DNA of 64,000 nucleotides from Schmidtea polychroa (taxonomy: Eukaryota), in NCBI GenBank assembly GCA_044892525.1, contig CM097885.1:50780001-50844000 (forward strand), given 5' to 3'. Each line of letters opens with the position of its first letter. The first letter of the stretch is position 1. Made by a program: the position numbers and the translations under genes. Under the pieces are notes generated by a model. It was not told the origin of the DNA, ran no database searches, and worked only from the letters and a program-made list of their open reading frames with translations. This document shows positions 1-22,789 of the stretch, piece by piece.

Positions 1-2
1 AA

Positions 3-1073
3 GCAAAGCTGACAACATTACATCATTTACGTCGTAATATTAGACGTCAGCGTCAAGTTGTCAACAACCCTTTACCAGTTCCACTGAATGTTGACGCCAT
101 TGTGATTCCAGAACGTTATAAAGTAACAACTGATGGCCAGAATTTTCTTCTGTTTGATTCTGGTACAGATAGTAATAATAGAATGTTGATATTTGGAACA
201 GATAACAATTTAAAACTTTTGGAATCAACATTTCACTGGTTTATGGGTGGAACTTTTAAAACAGCTCCTATGCTTTTTACGCAGCTATATACAATTCACG
301 CATTAGCTAATGGGCGATGTATTCCTTGTGTTTACGCATTACTGCAGAACAAAAGACAAGATACGTATAAAGAACTTTTTCAACAATTAAGTATTCTTAA
401 TGTCAACTTGAAGCCCAGAAGCATTATGGTTGATTTTGAATTGGCAGTTATAAATAGTTTGAAGACAGTATTTCCTGACAGCCAAATAAAAGGATGTTTC
501 TTTCATCTAAGCCAGAACATCTACCGCAAGGTTCAAGAAAACGGTCTTCAACAGCGTTATCAGGAAGATTCTGAATTCGCATTAAAAATACGGATGCTTC
601 CAGCACTAGCACTTGTCCCTCCAGAAGATGTAGTCGGTGCTTTTGAAGCATTGGCCGAATTACTTCCTGCGAACGTTTTACCAATTGCAGATTATTTTGA
701 AGATTTTTATATTGGCAGACCACAACGGCGTGGACGACGTCAAGCCACTTATAACATAGACATGTGGAATATGCACCAAAGAGCCGAATATGAATTACCA
801 AAAACTAATAATGCAGTGGAAGGATGGCATAGAAGTTTTCAGTCCAACGTAGGAAGTTACCATCCCACCATTTGGAAATTTATTTCATTTATTCAAAGAG
901 AACAAGCTCTGCAACAAGTGCACTGTGCTCAAATGCTGGCCGGTCATTCATCCAGAGAGTCGAGAAAGAAGTATGTGGATGCCAATATAAGAATACTTTC
1001 AATAGTCCTTAGCTACCGTGATCGCAGCATTATAGACTATCTAAGTGGAATAGCGTATAATTTATCCTTTTAA
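3..1073 (+). CDS. MULE transposase (5'-truncated by window edge; first catalytic Asp reads Gly)
   Basis: Frame is open from position 3. Motifs WFMGGTFK (usually DGTF), QLYTIH, PCVYALL, IMVDFE, GCFFHLSQ, YFEDFYI and KTNNAVEGWH are typical of the MULE DDE domain. Confidence 0.85.
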   Translation, partial: AKLTTLHHLRRNIRRQRQVVNNPLPVPLNVDAIVIPERYKVTTDGQNFLLFDSGTDSNNRMLIFGTDNNLKLLESTFHWFMGGTFKTAPMLFTQLYTIHALANGRCIPCVYALLQNKRQDTYKELFQQLSILNVNLKPRSIMVDFELAVINSLKTVFPDSQIKGCFFHLSQNIYRKVQENGLQQRYQEDSEFALKIRMLPALALVPPEDVVGAFEALAELLPANVLPIADYFEDFYIGRPQRRGRRQATYNIDMWNMHQRAEYELPKTNNAVEGWHRSFQSNVGSYHPTIWKFISFIQREQALQQVHCAQMLAGHSSRESRKKYVDANIRILSIVLSYRDRSIIDYLSGIAYNLSF

Positions 1074-1159
1074 ATAAATTTATATTCAAATTTAATATTT
1101 TTTGGTTATTGTTTGAGATTATTTTTTTATAAAAATATGTTTTTTTAACAATTATGATG

Positions 1160-1331
1160 AGGGATTGTACGGGGGTTTAGGTTTTTTCCGGGGTTAATTG
1201 TCCGGGGGTAAATGTCCGGGGGTAAATGTCCGGGGGGTAAATGTCCGGGGGGTAAATGTCCGGGTTTTTGTCTGGGGGGTAATTGTCCGGGGGTAAATGT
1301 CCGGGGGTAAATGCCCGGGGGTTAATTGTCC
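1160..1331 (+). repeat. Tandem array of 13-15 bp unit GGGG(G)TAAATGTCC (MULE subterminal repeat)
   Basis: Directly visible tandem units ending at the element terminus. Confidence 0.9.
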
Positions 1332-1930
1332 TGTTACCAAATATTCACGGGGAAAAAAATAAAACTCATTATAAATTATAATTATAATTATAATTATAAT
1401 TATAATAATACAATAATATTTATTTTTGAAAAAATAGTCGCATTAGCTCTGGTGCAAAACTTTACTAACATTCTGATTTTTCCTATTGATCAACTTCTTC
1501 TAATTTTTATGATGAATTTTCTTTCAAAATAAAATTATTCAAATTTTTTATAATTTTTAATAAAAGTAATTGTTCCCAGATAAATTAAAATATCCAAAAA
1601 AATTTACGAATGTTGGAATTATTAATGTCCAAATTACATTTTTTAATTTAACAAAAGTTTGATTAAAACAACTTTTACAATTAATGTATTTTGTAATTGA
1701 CTAATTTTGAGTGATTTGATCATGGAAAATAATTTGTTAATGCGCGTTTTATATTAATTTTATATAAAATATTTAAATATTTCAAAAGTGACAATTAATT
1801 TAATGATAATTTAGAATAATAAAATAATCTATCCAATCAAATGTAAAAGAATGCAATTTAATTAATTTATTATTACAATGAATATTATCATTAATTATAA
1901 TTTAATAACTAAATACAATTAATCATAACA

Positions 1931-2512
1931 ATGAATTCTCAAATAAAAGTGCCTGTTAATTGCTGGTTCTGTGCAAAAAATACAAAAGTCTTTAAAAGAA
2001 ATGTAAATTCTTTCACTTGTCCTTATTGTCATCAATATAATGGATTCAATGAAAATGGAGATTATAACAAAACAATTGTTGAACAGTTTGACGAAAATCT
2101 AAATCCAAAACCTTTCAAGCGTCAAATCTCAATTAAAACCACTCCATCAATATTGTGTAAAAATTGTATTGACAAACAATCAAAATATGTAACACTTCTA
2201 AATAAATTTTCTCCGAAATCTTCCATCACATTCAAACAAGATTATCATGAATACAAAAGTCGACTTGATAAAACATACGAATTGTGCACAATGTGTAAAG
2301 TTATGACAGAGAAAGAAATAAATTTAATAAACAAAAATCTTAACCTTAAAACTGAAAAATGTTTACCTGAGAAAAAAATAGTAAATGAAGTTCATAATAA
2401 AACAAATGAAAATAGAAATAAACCGACTTTATTTCGTCAAGTGATTTTAGGTTTATTTTGGGGAGTGTTTATATCCTTGTTACTTTATCCCATTACTGAA
2501 TATTTTTATTAA
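1931..2512 (+). CDS. TMEM201: Ima1 N-terminal domain protein (TMEM201/Samp1-like inner nuclear membrane protein), copy 1
   Basis: VNCWFC...CPYCHQYNGFNENGDYNK matches the Ima1/TMEM201 signature (VNCWFC...CPHCEQYNGFQENGDYNK). Further CxxC pairs (LCKNC, LCTMC) and one C-terminal hydrophobic segment. Intronless, 193 aa. Confidence 0.8.
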   Translation: MNSQIKVPVNCWFCAKNTKVFKRNVNSFTCPYCHQYNGFNENGDYNKTIVEQFDENLNPKPFKRQISIKTTPSILCKNCIDKQSKYVTLLNKFSPKSSITFKQDYHEYKSRLDKTYELCTMCKVMTEKEINLINKNLNLKTEKCLPEKKIVNEVHNKTNENRNKPTLFRQVILGLFWGVFISLLLYPITEYFY

Positions 2513-3203
2513 ATTTTTGCACATCCTTAGTTCTCTTTAAGTTTGCCTTTTACAAATATCTAATTATGTTTTGCTTTTATTTTTTGTCACTTTTTCATAA
2601 CTTTAACTTTTTATTATTATAATATATAATTTTTAATATTTAAATAATTCTTTTAACATCTTTTGTTCTTGTTAGCATTTAATCATTAATTAATAATCTT
2701 AATCATTTTTATTAATAATTCTCGTTAATATCATAATTGTTAATTTTATTTTAACTTTAAATTGTCCATTAATCATAATTTTTTATTATTGAAGAAGTTA
2801 TATTCAAGATATTTGGATTTTTTGATAAAATAAAATTAATGTGCCTTGAAAATATATCATTTTTACGATATTATAAGGTGATTAGATGTTATGTTTTTTA
2901 TAGAAATTATAATTATAGTTTATATATAATTATAATTTCTCAACTTCGGCGATAATATTAGATTATATTATATGGAAAACAACAATAAATATTTTAAATT
3001 TATATTGGAGAAATGATACAATTACTATTTTAATAAATAAATAGTATTAATTTTAGTATTAAGAATATTTAAATTATACTAATAAAATATCTATTATATT
3101 TTGCTAAGAAGTTACAAAGAATATATATATTTCAATATTTAACTATACAATTTTAAAGCCATTTAAACAAATCAAATCGGAAAAAAGTTCCATAAATAAA
3201 TAA

Positions 3204-13695
<10,492 letters not shown>

Positions 13696-13885
13696 CACAC
13701 TTGAAAAGAAAATTCTAAATTTGATCACAATAAATTAGTTATATATTATTTTCATAATAATAATAATAATAATACGAGAGACTCAGCCAATCATATCAAT
13801 ATTAGATGTTAAATTTGAAGCAATCGCGTATTGTAGAATTAATCCGCTGTTTCAATCAGAAATTTGTTGTGATAAATTTGTTTTA

Positions 13886-14012
<127 letters not shown>

Positions 14013-15187
14013 TCAGCATATATTTCAGCATATATAAAAAAATGATCAAAATTAGAATTGTTTTATTAACTCCAAGATATTAAGATCGTTTTCACTAGTT
14101 AAAGATTATATTGATATTTGTCTCTTTTTCACAAAATCCGGCGTTTCCTAATTCTTAAAGACAAATTTCTATGGGGTTTTCAATGCATATTCTTTTGCGG
14201 CGATTTATATGATGTGGCTTACAACCTTTAAGTAGAGGTATACTTTCAATTGTGCTATAATTTTCCTATTTTGAGTTGTTTTCCAGAGTTTGCCTCTTCA
14301 ATTAATGTGTCAGATATAGCAGTTGATAAGGTAACCAAGTTAAGTCTTTTGTGGGTTTTCAAGTTTTGTTAATCATTGAAGAAAATGATTTTAAGAAAGA
14401 AATATTCCTTTTATTTTTTTGTTTACCTTTAATTTGTTTTATTTTTTTTTATAATTTCTTTTATCTTTATTGTGGGTAGAAATCAAAATATTTCCTCATT
14501 TAACACAAATGTTTGGCACTGCCCATTTGCAAAAACGTACTTTTTTATTTTTATTTCATTTGAATTGAATCCAATCCTTTTAATATTCTTTTCAATTTAG
14601 GACGTCTTCACTATTGCTTTCTATTTTGAATTGTTCTCGTCTTCGGTGTATCAATTGATAATTTCCTATTTCTCATTTCTTATCACACTTGTTTCCTGTA
14701 AATATGGAAGTGGTTTTTCATTGGTTTTCCGTAGAGTCACCTTCCATAGCAAATGCGTTTTATTTTGTCAGTGAAAATTGGAAGAGTTTTGGTTTTGTGG
14801 TACAAATAAAACTTATTGTGTTAAGTTTCTTATTATGATTGAGGATAAGATGAGTTGAATCACTGAAAAAATAAAATTTGGTATCCATAGAAACAAATAT
14901 ATCAAATACTTATTAGTGTTTGTTGTTTAAATTATATATATTTTCTACAATATTAATAAGATGTTTTTGGGAAGATTTCCTCAGTATACAAATATTATAT
15001 CATAAAGTTTGGTTTTGTTAATTTCTTGTAAATTCGTTTTTTATAAAATATTTAATTTTATGATTATATATAATTATAAAACAACTGATCCTATCAAAGG
15101 TAAAAGAATACAATTTAAATAATTAAACATCACAATGAATATTATTATAATTATATATTTAATAACCAAATACAATTAATCATAACA

Positions 15188-15769
15188 ATGAATTCTCAAA
15201 TAAAAGTGCCTGTCAATTGCTGGTTCTGTGCAACAAATACAAAAGTCTTTAAAAGAAATGTAAATTCTTTCACTTGTCCTCATTGCCATCAATATAATGG
15301 ATTCAATGAAAATGGAGATTATAACAAAACAATTGTTGAACAGTTTGACGAAAATCTAAATCCAAGACCTTTCAAGCGTCAAACCTCGATTAAAACCACT
15401 TCATCAATATTGTGTAAAAATTGTATTGACAAACAATCAAAATATGTAACACTTCTAAACAAATTTTCTCCGAAATCTTCCATCACATTCAAACAAGATT
15501 ATCATGAATACAAAAGTCGACTTGATAAAACATATGAATTGTGCACAATGTGTAAAGTTATGACAGAAAAAGAAATAAATTTAATAAACAAAAATCTTAA
15601 CCTTAAAACTGAAAAATGTTTACCTGAGAAAAAAATAGTAAATGAAGTTCATAATAAAACAATTGAAAATAAAAATAAACCAACTTTATTTCGTCAAGTG
15701 ATTTTAGGTTTATTTTGGGGAGTGTTTATATCCTTGTTACTTTATCCCATTACTGAATATTTTTATTAA
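15188..15769 (+). CDS. TMEM201: Ima1 N-terminal domain protein (TMEM201-like), copy 2
   Basis: Same length as copy 1 with 7 amino-acid differences. Flanking DNA (about 15090-16200) is also homologous to about 1830-3020. Confidence 0.8.
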   Translation: MNSQIKVPVNCWFCATNTKVFKRNVNSFTCPHCHQYNGFNENGDYNKTIVEQFDENLNPRPFKRQTSIKTTSSILCKNCIDKQSKYVTLLNKFSPKSSITFKQDYHEYKSRLDKTYELCTMCKVMTEKEINLINKNLNLKTEKCLPEKKIVNEVHNKTIENKNKPTLFRQVILGLFWGVFISLLLYPITEYFY

Positions 15770-16194
15770 ATTTTTGCACATCCTTAGTTCTCTTCAAGCT
15801 AGCATTTAATCATTAATTAATAATCTTAATCATTTTTATTAATAATTCTTGTTAATATCATAATTGTTATTATTAAATGTTTTATTTTAACTTTAAATTG
15901 TCCATTAATAATAATTTTTTATTAATGAAAAAATATATTTCAGTTATATTCAAGATATTTGGATTTTTTGATAAAATAAAAGTAATGTGCCTTGAAAATA
16001 TATCATTTTTACGATATTATAATTAGATGTTATTTTTTTATAGAAATTATAATTATAGTTTATATATAATTATAATTTCTCAACTTCGGCGATAATATTA
16101 GATTATATTATATGGAAAACAACAAAATTTTATTTTTAATACTCTTCAGTCGGATGAATTTTGGTTATAAATATTTTAAATTTATATTGAAGAA

Positions 16195-16470
16195 ATGCAA
16201 TACAAATTGTGCACAATGTCAAAAAGTTATGACAGAGAAAGAAATAAATTTAATAAATAAAAATCTTAACCTTAAAACTATAAAATGTTTACCTGAGAAA
16301 AAAATAATGAATGAAGTTAATAATAAAACAAATTAAAGTAGAAATAAACTATTTTTATTTCGTGAATGAACCATTTTTATTTTGGGGAGTTTTTATATCC
16401 TTGTTACTTTATCCTATTACTGAATATTTTTATTGATTTTTGCACATCTTTTGTTTTTGTCAAGTTAGCA
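16195..16470 (+). pseudogene. Partial third copy of the TMEM201-like ORF (3' part), disrupted
   Basis: KVMTEKEINLINKNLNLKT.KCLPEKK matches copies 1 and 2; premature TAA at 16334-16336 and no N-terminal domain. Confidence 0.8.
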
Positions 16471-17799
16471 TTTAATCATTTTTTATATTATTATTATATT
16501 TTGCTTATTTTTAAAAAAAAATTCTTGCTAATATTATAATTGCGATTTGGAAAATGTTTGAAACTGCTAATTCAGTGATCTTTAACAAATTTACGTTTAA
16601 GTTTGTTTTGTGTATAATAATAACACATTCTTTGACTCCCCTCCTACTACTTATTAAAAATCAGATTAATATTGATTATTGAAAATTTTTCACATTGAAT
16701 TTTCTTTTTATAATGAATTGATTAATTAATCAACATTTTCAATTTTTATTAAATTTTTATTAAAAAAAAATTTTAAATTTTAAATTTGTTATTAAATAAT
16801 AAGTATTAAAAAATAATAAAATATTAAATAATAAAAATAATTTATTAAAAAAAAGGAAATATAATTTAAATAATTAAAATATAATTAAACCAATAAAGTT
16901 ATTATAAAATATGAAATAAATTTATTTTTCCCCAACAAAAAATGTTTTATGCAATAATGATCAAATTCACTTGAAAAATATCGATATATTACTGATTTAT
17001 AGTCTTCAAACTCTCTTTTTAATAAATTAAAATTTTTGAGAAAATTTTAAGAAAATTTTAATTTTTTGAGAAAATTTTAAGTTGTTTATCCTGCAAATAA
17101 ATTTCAATACGCTTATAATTATGTTAATATTGTTAAAGTCATGAAGTAATGGGGTCCTTAATCTTAAAGAATTGAATAACTTATAATAACTTATAATAAT
17201 CTTTAATTTTTCAATGGAGTTTTAGTAAAAATTTGTTTATGAAATGTAATCGTATAATTAAAGTTTTTCGTATAATAATAATATTGTATATAAATCAAGG
17301 CACTTAATTAAATTATTTAATGTATTAGAATTTTCAATGTTGTCGGTTTTTTTTAATTTTATTGTAATTTCATTACAACTATAGATGGAAAAACTTTTCC
17401 TGTGTGTAGTGCCTCTGACTTACAAATTAAGAAATATATTAATTTAATAATTAAATTGCATATACATTATTAAATTAATTAAATTAAAATACATTGTTTT
17501 AATATTCAAATATATAACTTTTTTCAAACATCTTAATCAATATTAATCAATATTAATCAATAAAAATGTGCTCAAAACTCTGTAATTGAAACAAATTGTG
17601 GATCAACGAAATGATTCACCTATATATCGAATGCGCATTACAAATGATAAATCTTGTAAACTTGCTGTCGTCAGATCACAGTGTAAGATACGTCAAGTTC
17701 AAATCAACAATTACCCTCGGATAATGAAGAATCCACTATCACAATTGAATATCAACCACCAGAAATCAGGAGAGTAATAAATATAATAAAAAAATAAAT

Positions 17800-18783
17800 A
17801 CAATCATGGACTCAATAGAAAAGAGATTTCAGTATACGATGGAAATCTGTGAAACATTTGAAGTTTTATGGAATTTTAAGCATATGGACAAAGATAAAAT
17901 AACTTCAAAAGCAACAGAATTACAGAAAAAAGTACTGATCTCGCTGATGAATTTCACCAGTTAGAAGCAGTTTTCCATGCAAATTTTACTGATAATTCTG
18001 ATAAATCGCCTCTTAATTTGTTGAATGAAATAAGAAATTGGAAATTGGAATCATTATTTCCAAACATTGTGATTGTCTTAAAATTATTCTTAACAATCCC
18101 GGTGACAAGTTGTGAGGCTGAAAAAACATTTAGTGGTTTGCAACGGATTAAAAGCGTAATACGTGCAACTATGAAACAAGATAGACTAAACCATTTAGCA
18201 ATTATTTGCATTGAATCGATTTTGGCCAGACAATTGAACTTTGACGATATCAATTCGGAATTCGAAATTTTAAAAGCTCGTAAAGCAATGTTTATGTAAT
18301 TTTGATTTAAAAAAAAATAATATCTATTAAATGTAACATTGAATTTAAATACATTCTTTCAAGATTTCAAAACTACTAAAAATCAACGAATTTTTAATAT
18401 CGCAAATAATGCTACTCGAATAAAATGGTTTTTCTAAAATTTAAAGATAAAAATTAAATTTCTGTTTCAATCTACGTCCGATAATTTGTTTCCTGTTTTG
18501 TTTGTATGCAAGCATACTAATGCTCAATTGTCATGAGTGCTGGATCTATTCTGCTGCCTATGACCATTGAGCTGTGGGATCGAGTGATGGATTCCCGAAC
18601 CAAGAGGCACATATCAATGGCTGCAAATTTTCATTTGACGTTCAATATTTTCAAATATATTCCATATAAAAAAAAACCAAACAAAAAACATAACAATTTA
18701 GATTTAAAAAAATATTATAATAATAGATAAAGGGCCCGCATTAATCATTTTACCGGGGCCCGCCAAGGCTTTCCGCGGCCCTG
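17800..18783 (+). mobile_element. hAT transposon 3' remnant (C-terminal dimerisation domain plus right TIR)
   Basis: FPNIVIVLKLFLTIPVTSCEAEKTFSGLQRIKSVIRATMKQDRLNHLAII (hATC domain, 18018-18299). Terminus ...GGGGCCCGCC...CCGCGGCCCTG, reverse complement CAGGGCCG. Confidence 0.8.
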
Positions 18784-18793
18784 GTCATATGTT

Positions 18794-19819
18794 TGTTGAG
18801 GTCCGTAAATTAAAATAAATTTAAATGAAATTTAGGTTAATAATTTAAATAAAAAGTAAGTGAAGAAAAAAGACAAATAAAAGCGGGATCATGCACAGAA
18901 TTGATAGTAAAGAAAAGTGTGATGGAAGCAGTATTAGAAAATGTCAAAAGCAATTACGAAAGGCAAGAATCCGAAAATCCGAGAAAAATCAATAAATTGA
19001 AGAATCATCGAAATCGAATGGGGAAAACTGGACAGGTATAGAGTAGCTAATGGTCAACAAGATGATGGTTAGGGATTTATCAGAAAATGGTTAGCAAGGG
19101 TCGAAAACAGAAAACGTTAATTAATTAATTAATTGGCTAATAGAAAGCCCGAGCTAATGGAGAACCCGAGAGATGAAGGAAACCCGTGCTGGGTAAACAA
19201 GAAGAAAAGTAAACAGAAGGAAGATTTGGGCCCATTAGCTTGACACAATGATTAATTATAAAAGAGCAAGGAGAAGATAGTGCGTGTAGAAAGGCCGGGA
19301 GGGCCATTAGTTATCTTGGTTCGTTGGACCATTATGGGTGACAGCCGAAGCAGATACGTGGAAGCAAATGTCAAGTGAAAGATTGACTCGGCAATAACCA
19401 TTTGTCATCCCGATTTCGAGGAGTATATAAGGAAAGGGAAAATCAGAGCAAATCGGCATTTTGCCTCAGCTAGGGTTAGAAGAAACCGAGTTAGGAATAG
19501 GTAAAAACGAATTAAAGAGATTAAGGAAAAGAAGATATAGAATAGGAATACGGAAAGGTGAAAAAGAATCAAATCAAACAGAAAAAGGAGGAAAACGTGG
19601 GTCAAGAGAATCTAAAGAAATAAAAGGTGAATATTATCTATTTACAAAGCATCAACACCGAGCGGAGAATCGGTCAAACGTAACTTTGATTATTCATCAT
19701 AAAGTGTTGAGAGAAATTGTGAATTTTGTTATTTCAATATACGTTGGGTCGTTATTGTTTTGATTTAAAGGACAAGAGGAGTCAGAGGTAACCGACTTAA
19801 ATTAACCAAAAACCCAACA
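18794..19819 (+). mobile_element. Solo LTR-like element (1026 bp)
   Basis: TGTT|TGTTGAGG ... ACCCAACA|TGTT: TG..CA ends, TGTTG/CAACA inverted ends, 4-bp TSD, internal TATATAA at about 19424. Confidence 0.75.
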
Positions 19820-20149
19820 TGTTTTTACCATTGTATCTTTTTCTTTACTGTCATTTTCCTTTAATATTGATCAATATTTTGATAAATATAAAACAAATTA
19901 TTGATAAAAAGTCAAAAAAATAAATAAAAGTATATAAATAACAATGCAAAACTCAAAGATTAAATAATATGTCGTCTAGTATAATGATTCTGAAAGTTCT
20001 GCACGCGAAATAAAAACATTAAAAACATTAAATAAAAAATTTTAAAATTAAAATTAATTTTTGACTCTTCCACAGACCGGTGGTCAGTAATCTGCGGACC
20101 ACCACTTTAAGAACCCCTGGTCTTGAACAATTGAAAAAGATTGATATTA

Positions 20150-20810
20150 AGAATTTTCTCAAACAACCATTAAAGAAGTTGAACAAGATGAATGTTATTA
20201 ACTGGACAATGTAAATGATTCTAGAAAAACGTGTATTTATGTCCAAAATCCATGCATCGAGTAAAAGGATGTAAATTGATCGCCTGTAATATTCTTCCAA
20301 TGTATCGGAAGGTATATTCTCCCGGCACGTCTGTCGTTGCACAATTATTTTGTAGTTGAAACTGCCATCTTTTTCAATTATTGTTTTTTCTGCTGCTCTA
20401 AAAATTTCCGCAAACATTTCTAAGCAGTTTTCTTTTATTTGTTTTAAAACAATGAATAGGTCTTTAATGCAATTTTTTGCTTCATTCAAATCTAAACTTT
20501 TTTTGAAACAATTGACTGAGGCCATTCGTTAGAGAGAACGCATGCACAGCACAGCATAGAGACCCAATAAAATCCAATTCTCTAATCGTTGATAATAAAG
20601 TTCTTGCTTTTGATGAAGTTGTTCTGTTATTCCATTTAGATATATTGTCCAGTGCGTCAATTATTAGTGGAAGTTCAACACTAAGCATCGTGTTTCTCAA
20701 CCCAGAGTTTCTCAAAGCAGAGTGAAACCAGTTGTGAATTTAGCATGTTCTTTATTATAAAATTTCGTTTTGCAGAAGCACTGAAAAAAATCAACAACTT
20801 CGCTAAAAAC
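20150..20810 (-). pseudogene. Decayed hAT transposase fragment
   Basis: Fragments IIDALDNISKWNNRTTSSKARTLL...HAFSLTNGLSQLFQKK...RQTCRENIPSDTLEEYYRRSIYI resemble P52rIPK/ZMYM1-type hAT transposase; frameshifted. Confidence 0.7.
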
Positions 20811-21119
20811 AAACAAAAACCTAATTTACTTCCATTTCCAAACACCATGCTGTGTTAGTTAAAAATAAATAAATAGTAAATACAAATTACTTTTAAAATT
20901 AAATTTTTTAAATAATTGTGTATTATTAATATAATATCAGTTTATAATAAAAAATATTATAGATTGTTGATATAATCAATAATAATCAGTCTCAAAGAAA
21001 AAAAAGTAAACAAGTTTCACGATTTGTTGGCTTGCCTGGGGTTGCCATTAAAACCTAAACATCCCTCTTTACTAGATGGTCTGGATCCGCCAGTGGCCAT
21101 TTATTTAATTTAGTACTAG

Positions 21120-21630
21120 ACATATTCAATCAACGAATCACTTGGAGATGTACAGTAAGGGCTTTACTGGGTTTTATCATTATTATCTTCTTCAGGTTCT
21201 ATTTGAGACTCAAAGATTCATTCAAATGACCATAACTGGTAGAATTTTTCAGTTTCCAAATCTAAGCATCTTCAAGCGGCGACCTAGTTCCAGGATTGAA
21301 AGATGTCTTGCATTTGGTCTTCAGTCGAGTTACTTATTCTGATGTGTTGCCACCTCGGGGAGCTAGGTGATAAGGCACACCAATGTTCTTCGTTGTCGAC
21401 AAAGCTTTGACTATAGGGCATTGAGTGTACTCACATATGATCAGAAGGAAGAGTATTTCAGTAATGTTAGGTGCAATTTATTCAACCGTTATTAGAAGAC
21501 TCATTATGCATCTCAAACAAGAGAAGGAGGTATAATCCCAAAGGTTTGTGAGGAAACCATTCTATCCATGAACGGTATTCAGCTACGTTTGATCATCCAA
21601 GACACCACTTCACTCAAATGGAAGACAAAT
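21120..21630 (+). pseudogene. Possible highly decayed LTR-retrotransposon integrase remnant
   Basis: GC-richer segment with degenerate THI*SEGRVFQ / LGA..KTHYASQT, reminiscent of integrase IHSDQGxxF / TTPYHPQ motifs. Weak. Confidence 0.35.
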
Positions 21631-21634
21631 ATAT

Positions 21635-22509
21635 AGTTGGGTATATTGTAGTTGGTCGGTGATTATTAAACTGCCAGTTACTGATCTGACTCCGAGCGTG
21701 TTATTTAATAACGACAATAACAAATCCCAACGACGAAAAGCTTTATTGATTATCAGAATTAATCACATCGAATTCAACGATACCAATTTGCAACACACCT
21801 CAAATGTTTCAAGTGCTTATTAGAACTCTTTGGGAGGAATAGCACAATATTGACTATACTCTAAGAACAGAACTACTTGACTACTGCCGGTAACGGGCGA
21901 TTCGCAAAATTGATTTGATTGTCTTTAACTTGATTTGAGTTTTTCAAGTACTTCTGATTTATTAATTCAATTTTTTAATTCAACTGTGTCATGATTCTCA
22001 ATAATTTATTTTAAATCTTCTCGTAAATTCAAATTTCTCACAAATTTTTCTCTAGCAATTTTTTTCTCGTCTCTGCTAATTTATGTTTAGTTTTTATACC
22101 TTGTCTTCTGGTGGCATTTATTGATAATATATTCATTTTTTAAACCTGTTCCATTGAGAACTCCGTAATCTCTGACAACTGTCAAGATATATATTCTTTG
22201 ATAACCCCATCTATCGGATTTCCCATGTTCTTTTTTCCCTGATCTTGAATAGACCATCGAGATAAGAAGATAATTTAAATTTTGTTTTGCTTCTTTCGAA
22301 TTGTACTTGTTAATTAAGAATGACATATTTTATTTAATTGACTATTTTTATTGATTTTCTTCTGTTTTCTTTTCATTTTTCAATATCTCTCATCCACTTT
22401 TATTTCACTGAGTTCCAGAATAATACCTTATTCATTTATTATCATTTCCCCCCAATCATTTTACGCATTTGAAAATTATTTCTGTTTTATTATTTAGGTA
22501 TCCTCAACA
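21635..22509 (-). mobile_element. Solo LTR-like element (875 bp), same end family as 18794 and 35754
   Basis: ATAT|AGTTGGGT ... TTTAGGTATCCTCAACA|ATAT. 4-bp TSD; right end identical to that of 35754-36757; shares CTGACTCC motif. Confidence 0.7.
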
Positions 22510-22789
22510 ATATTATCCCGTAGAATATCAGGTAGAAAGACATTCGCATTACAAAAGCAGTATAGTCTGGAAGACTTACATTGGGGGATCACTCGAACAT
22601 TTCGCGTAGAATTAAAAAGTCGAATTATAAAAAAAAGCCGGCAGAAGACGCAAATATTATCTTGGCCCATTATTTATCAGATCAGGTCATGTACAAAACG
22701 AATTCTCGATCTACACCCAAGAAAATTCAACAGCCAACCATAAAGAACTCAATTTCGTAAACAAGTAAAATAATTCGAAAATATAAGCC

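Larger units (their letters stand above)
1..1338 (+). mobile_element. Mutator-like (MULE) DNA transposon, right part, with G-rich subterminal tandem repeats
   Basis: MULE transposase ORF followed by about 11 copies of GGGG(G)TAAATGTCC (about 1160-1331). It ends ...TTGTCCTGTTACC (1338), reverse complement GGTAACAGGACAA, similar to the termini of the second MULE at 48628/50367. The left end is outside the window. Confidence 0.85.

Noticed and set aside
1160..1331. Telomere-like or CRISPR-like G-rich repeat
   Set aside because: No spacers; it directly follows a MULE transposase and ends in a MULE-type terminus.
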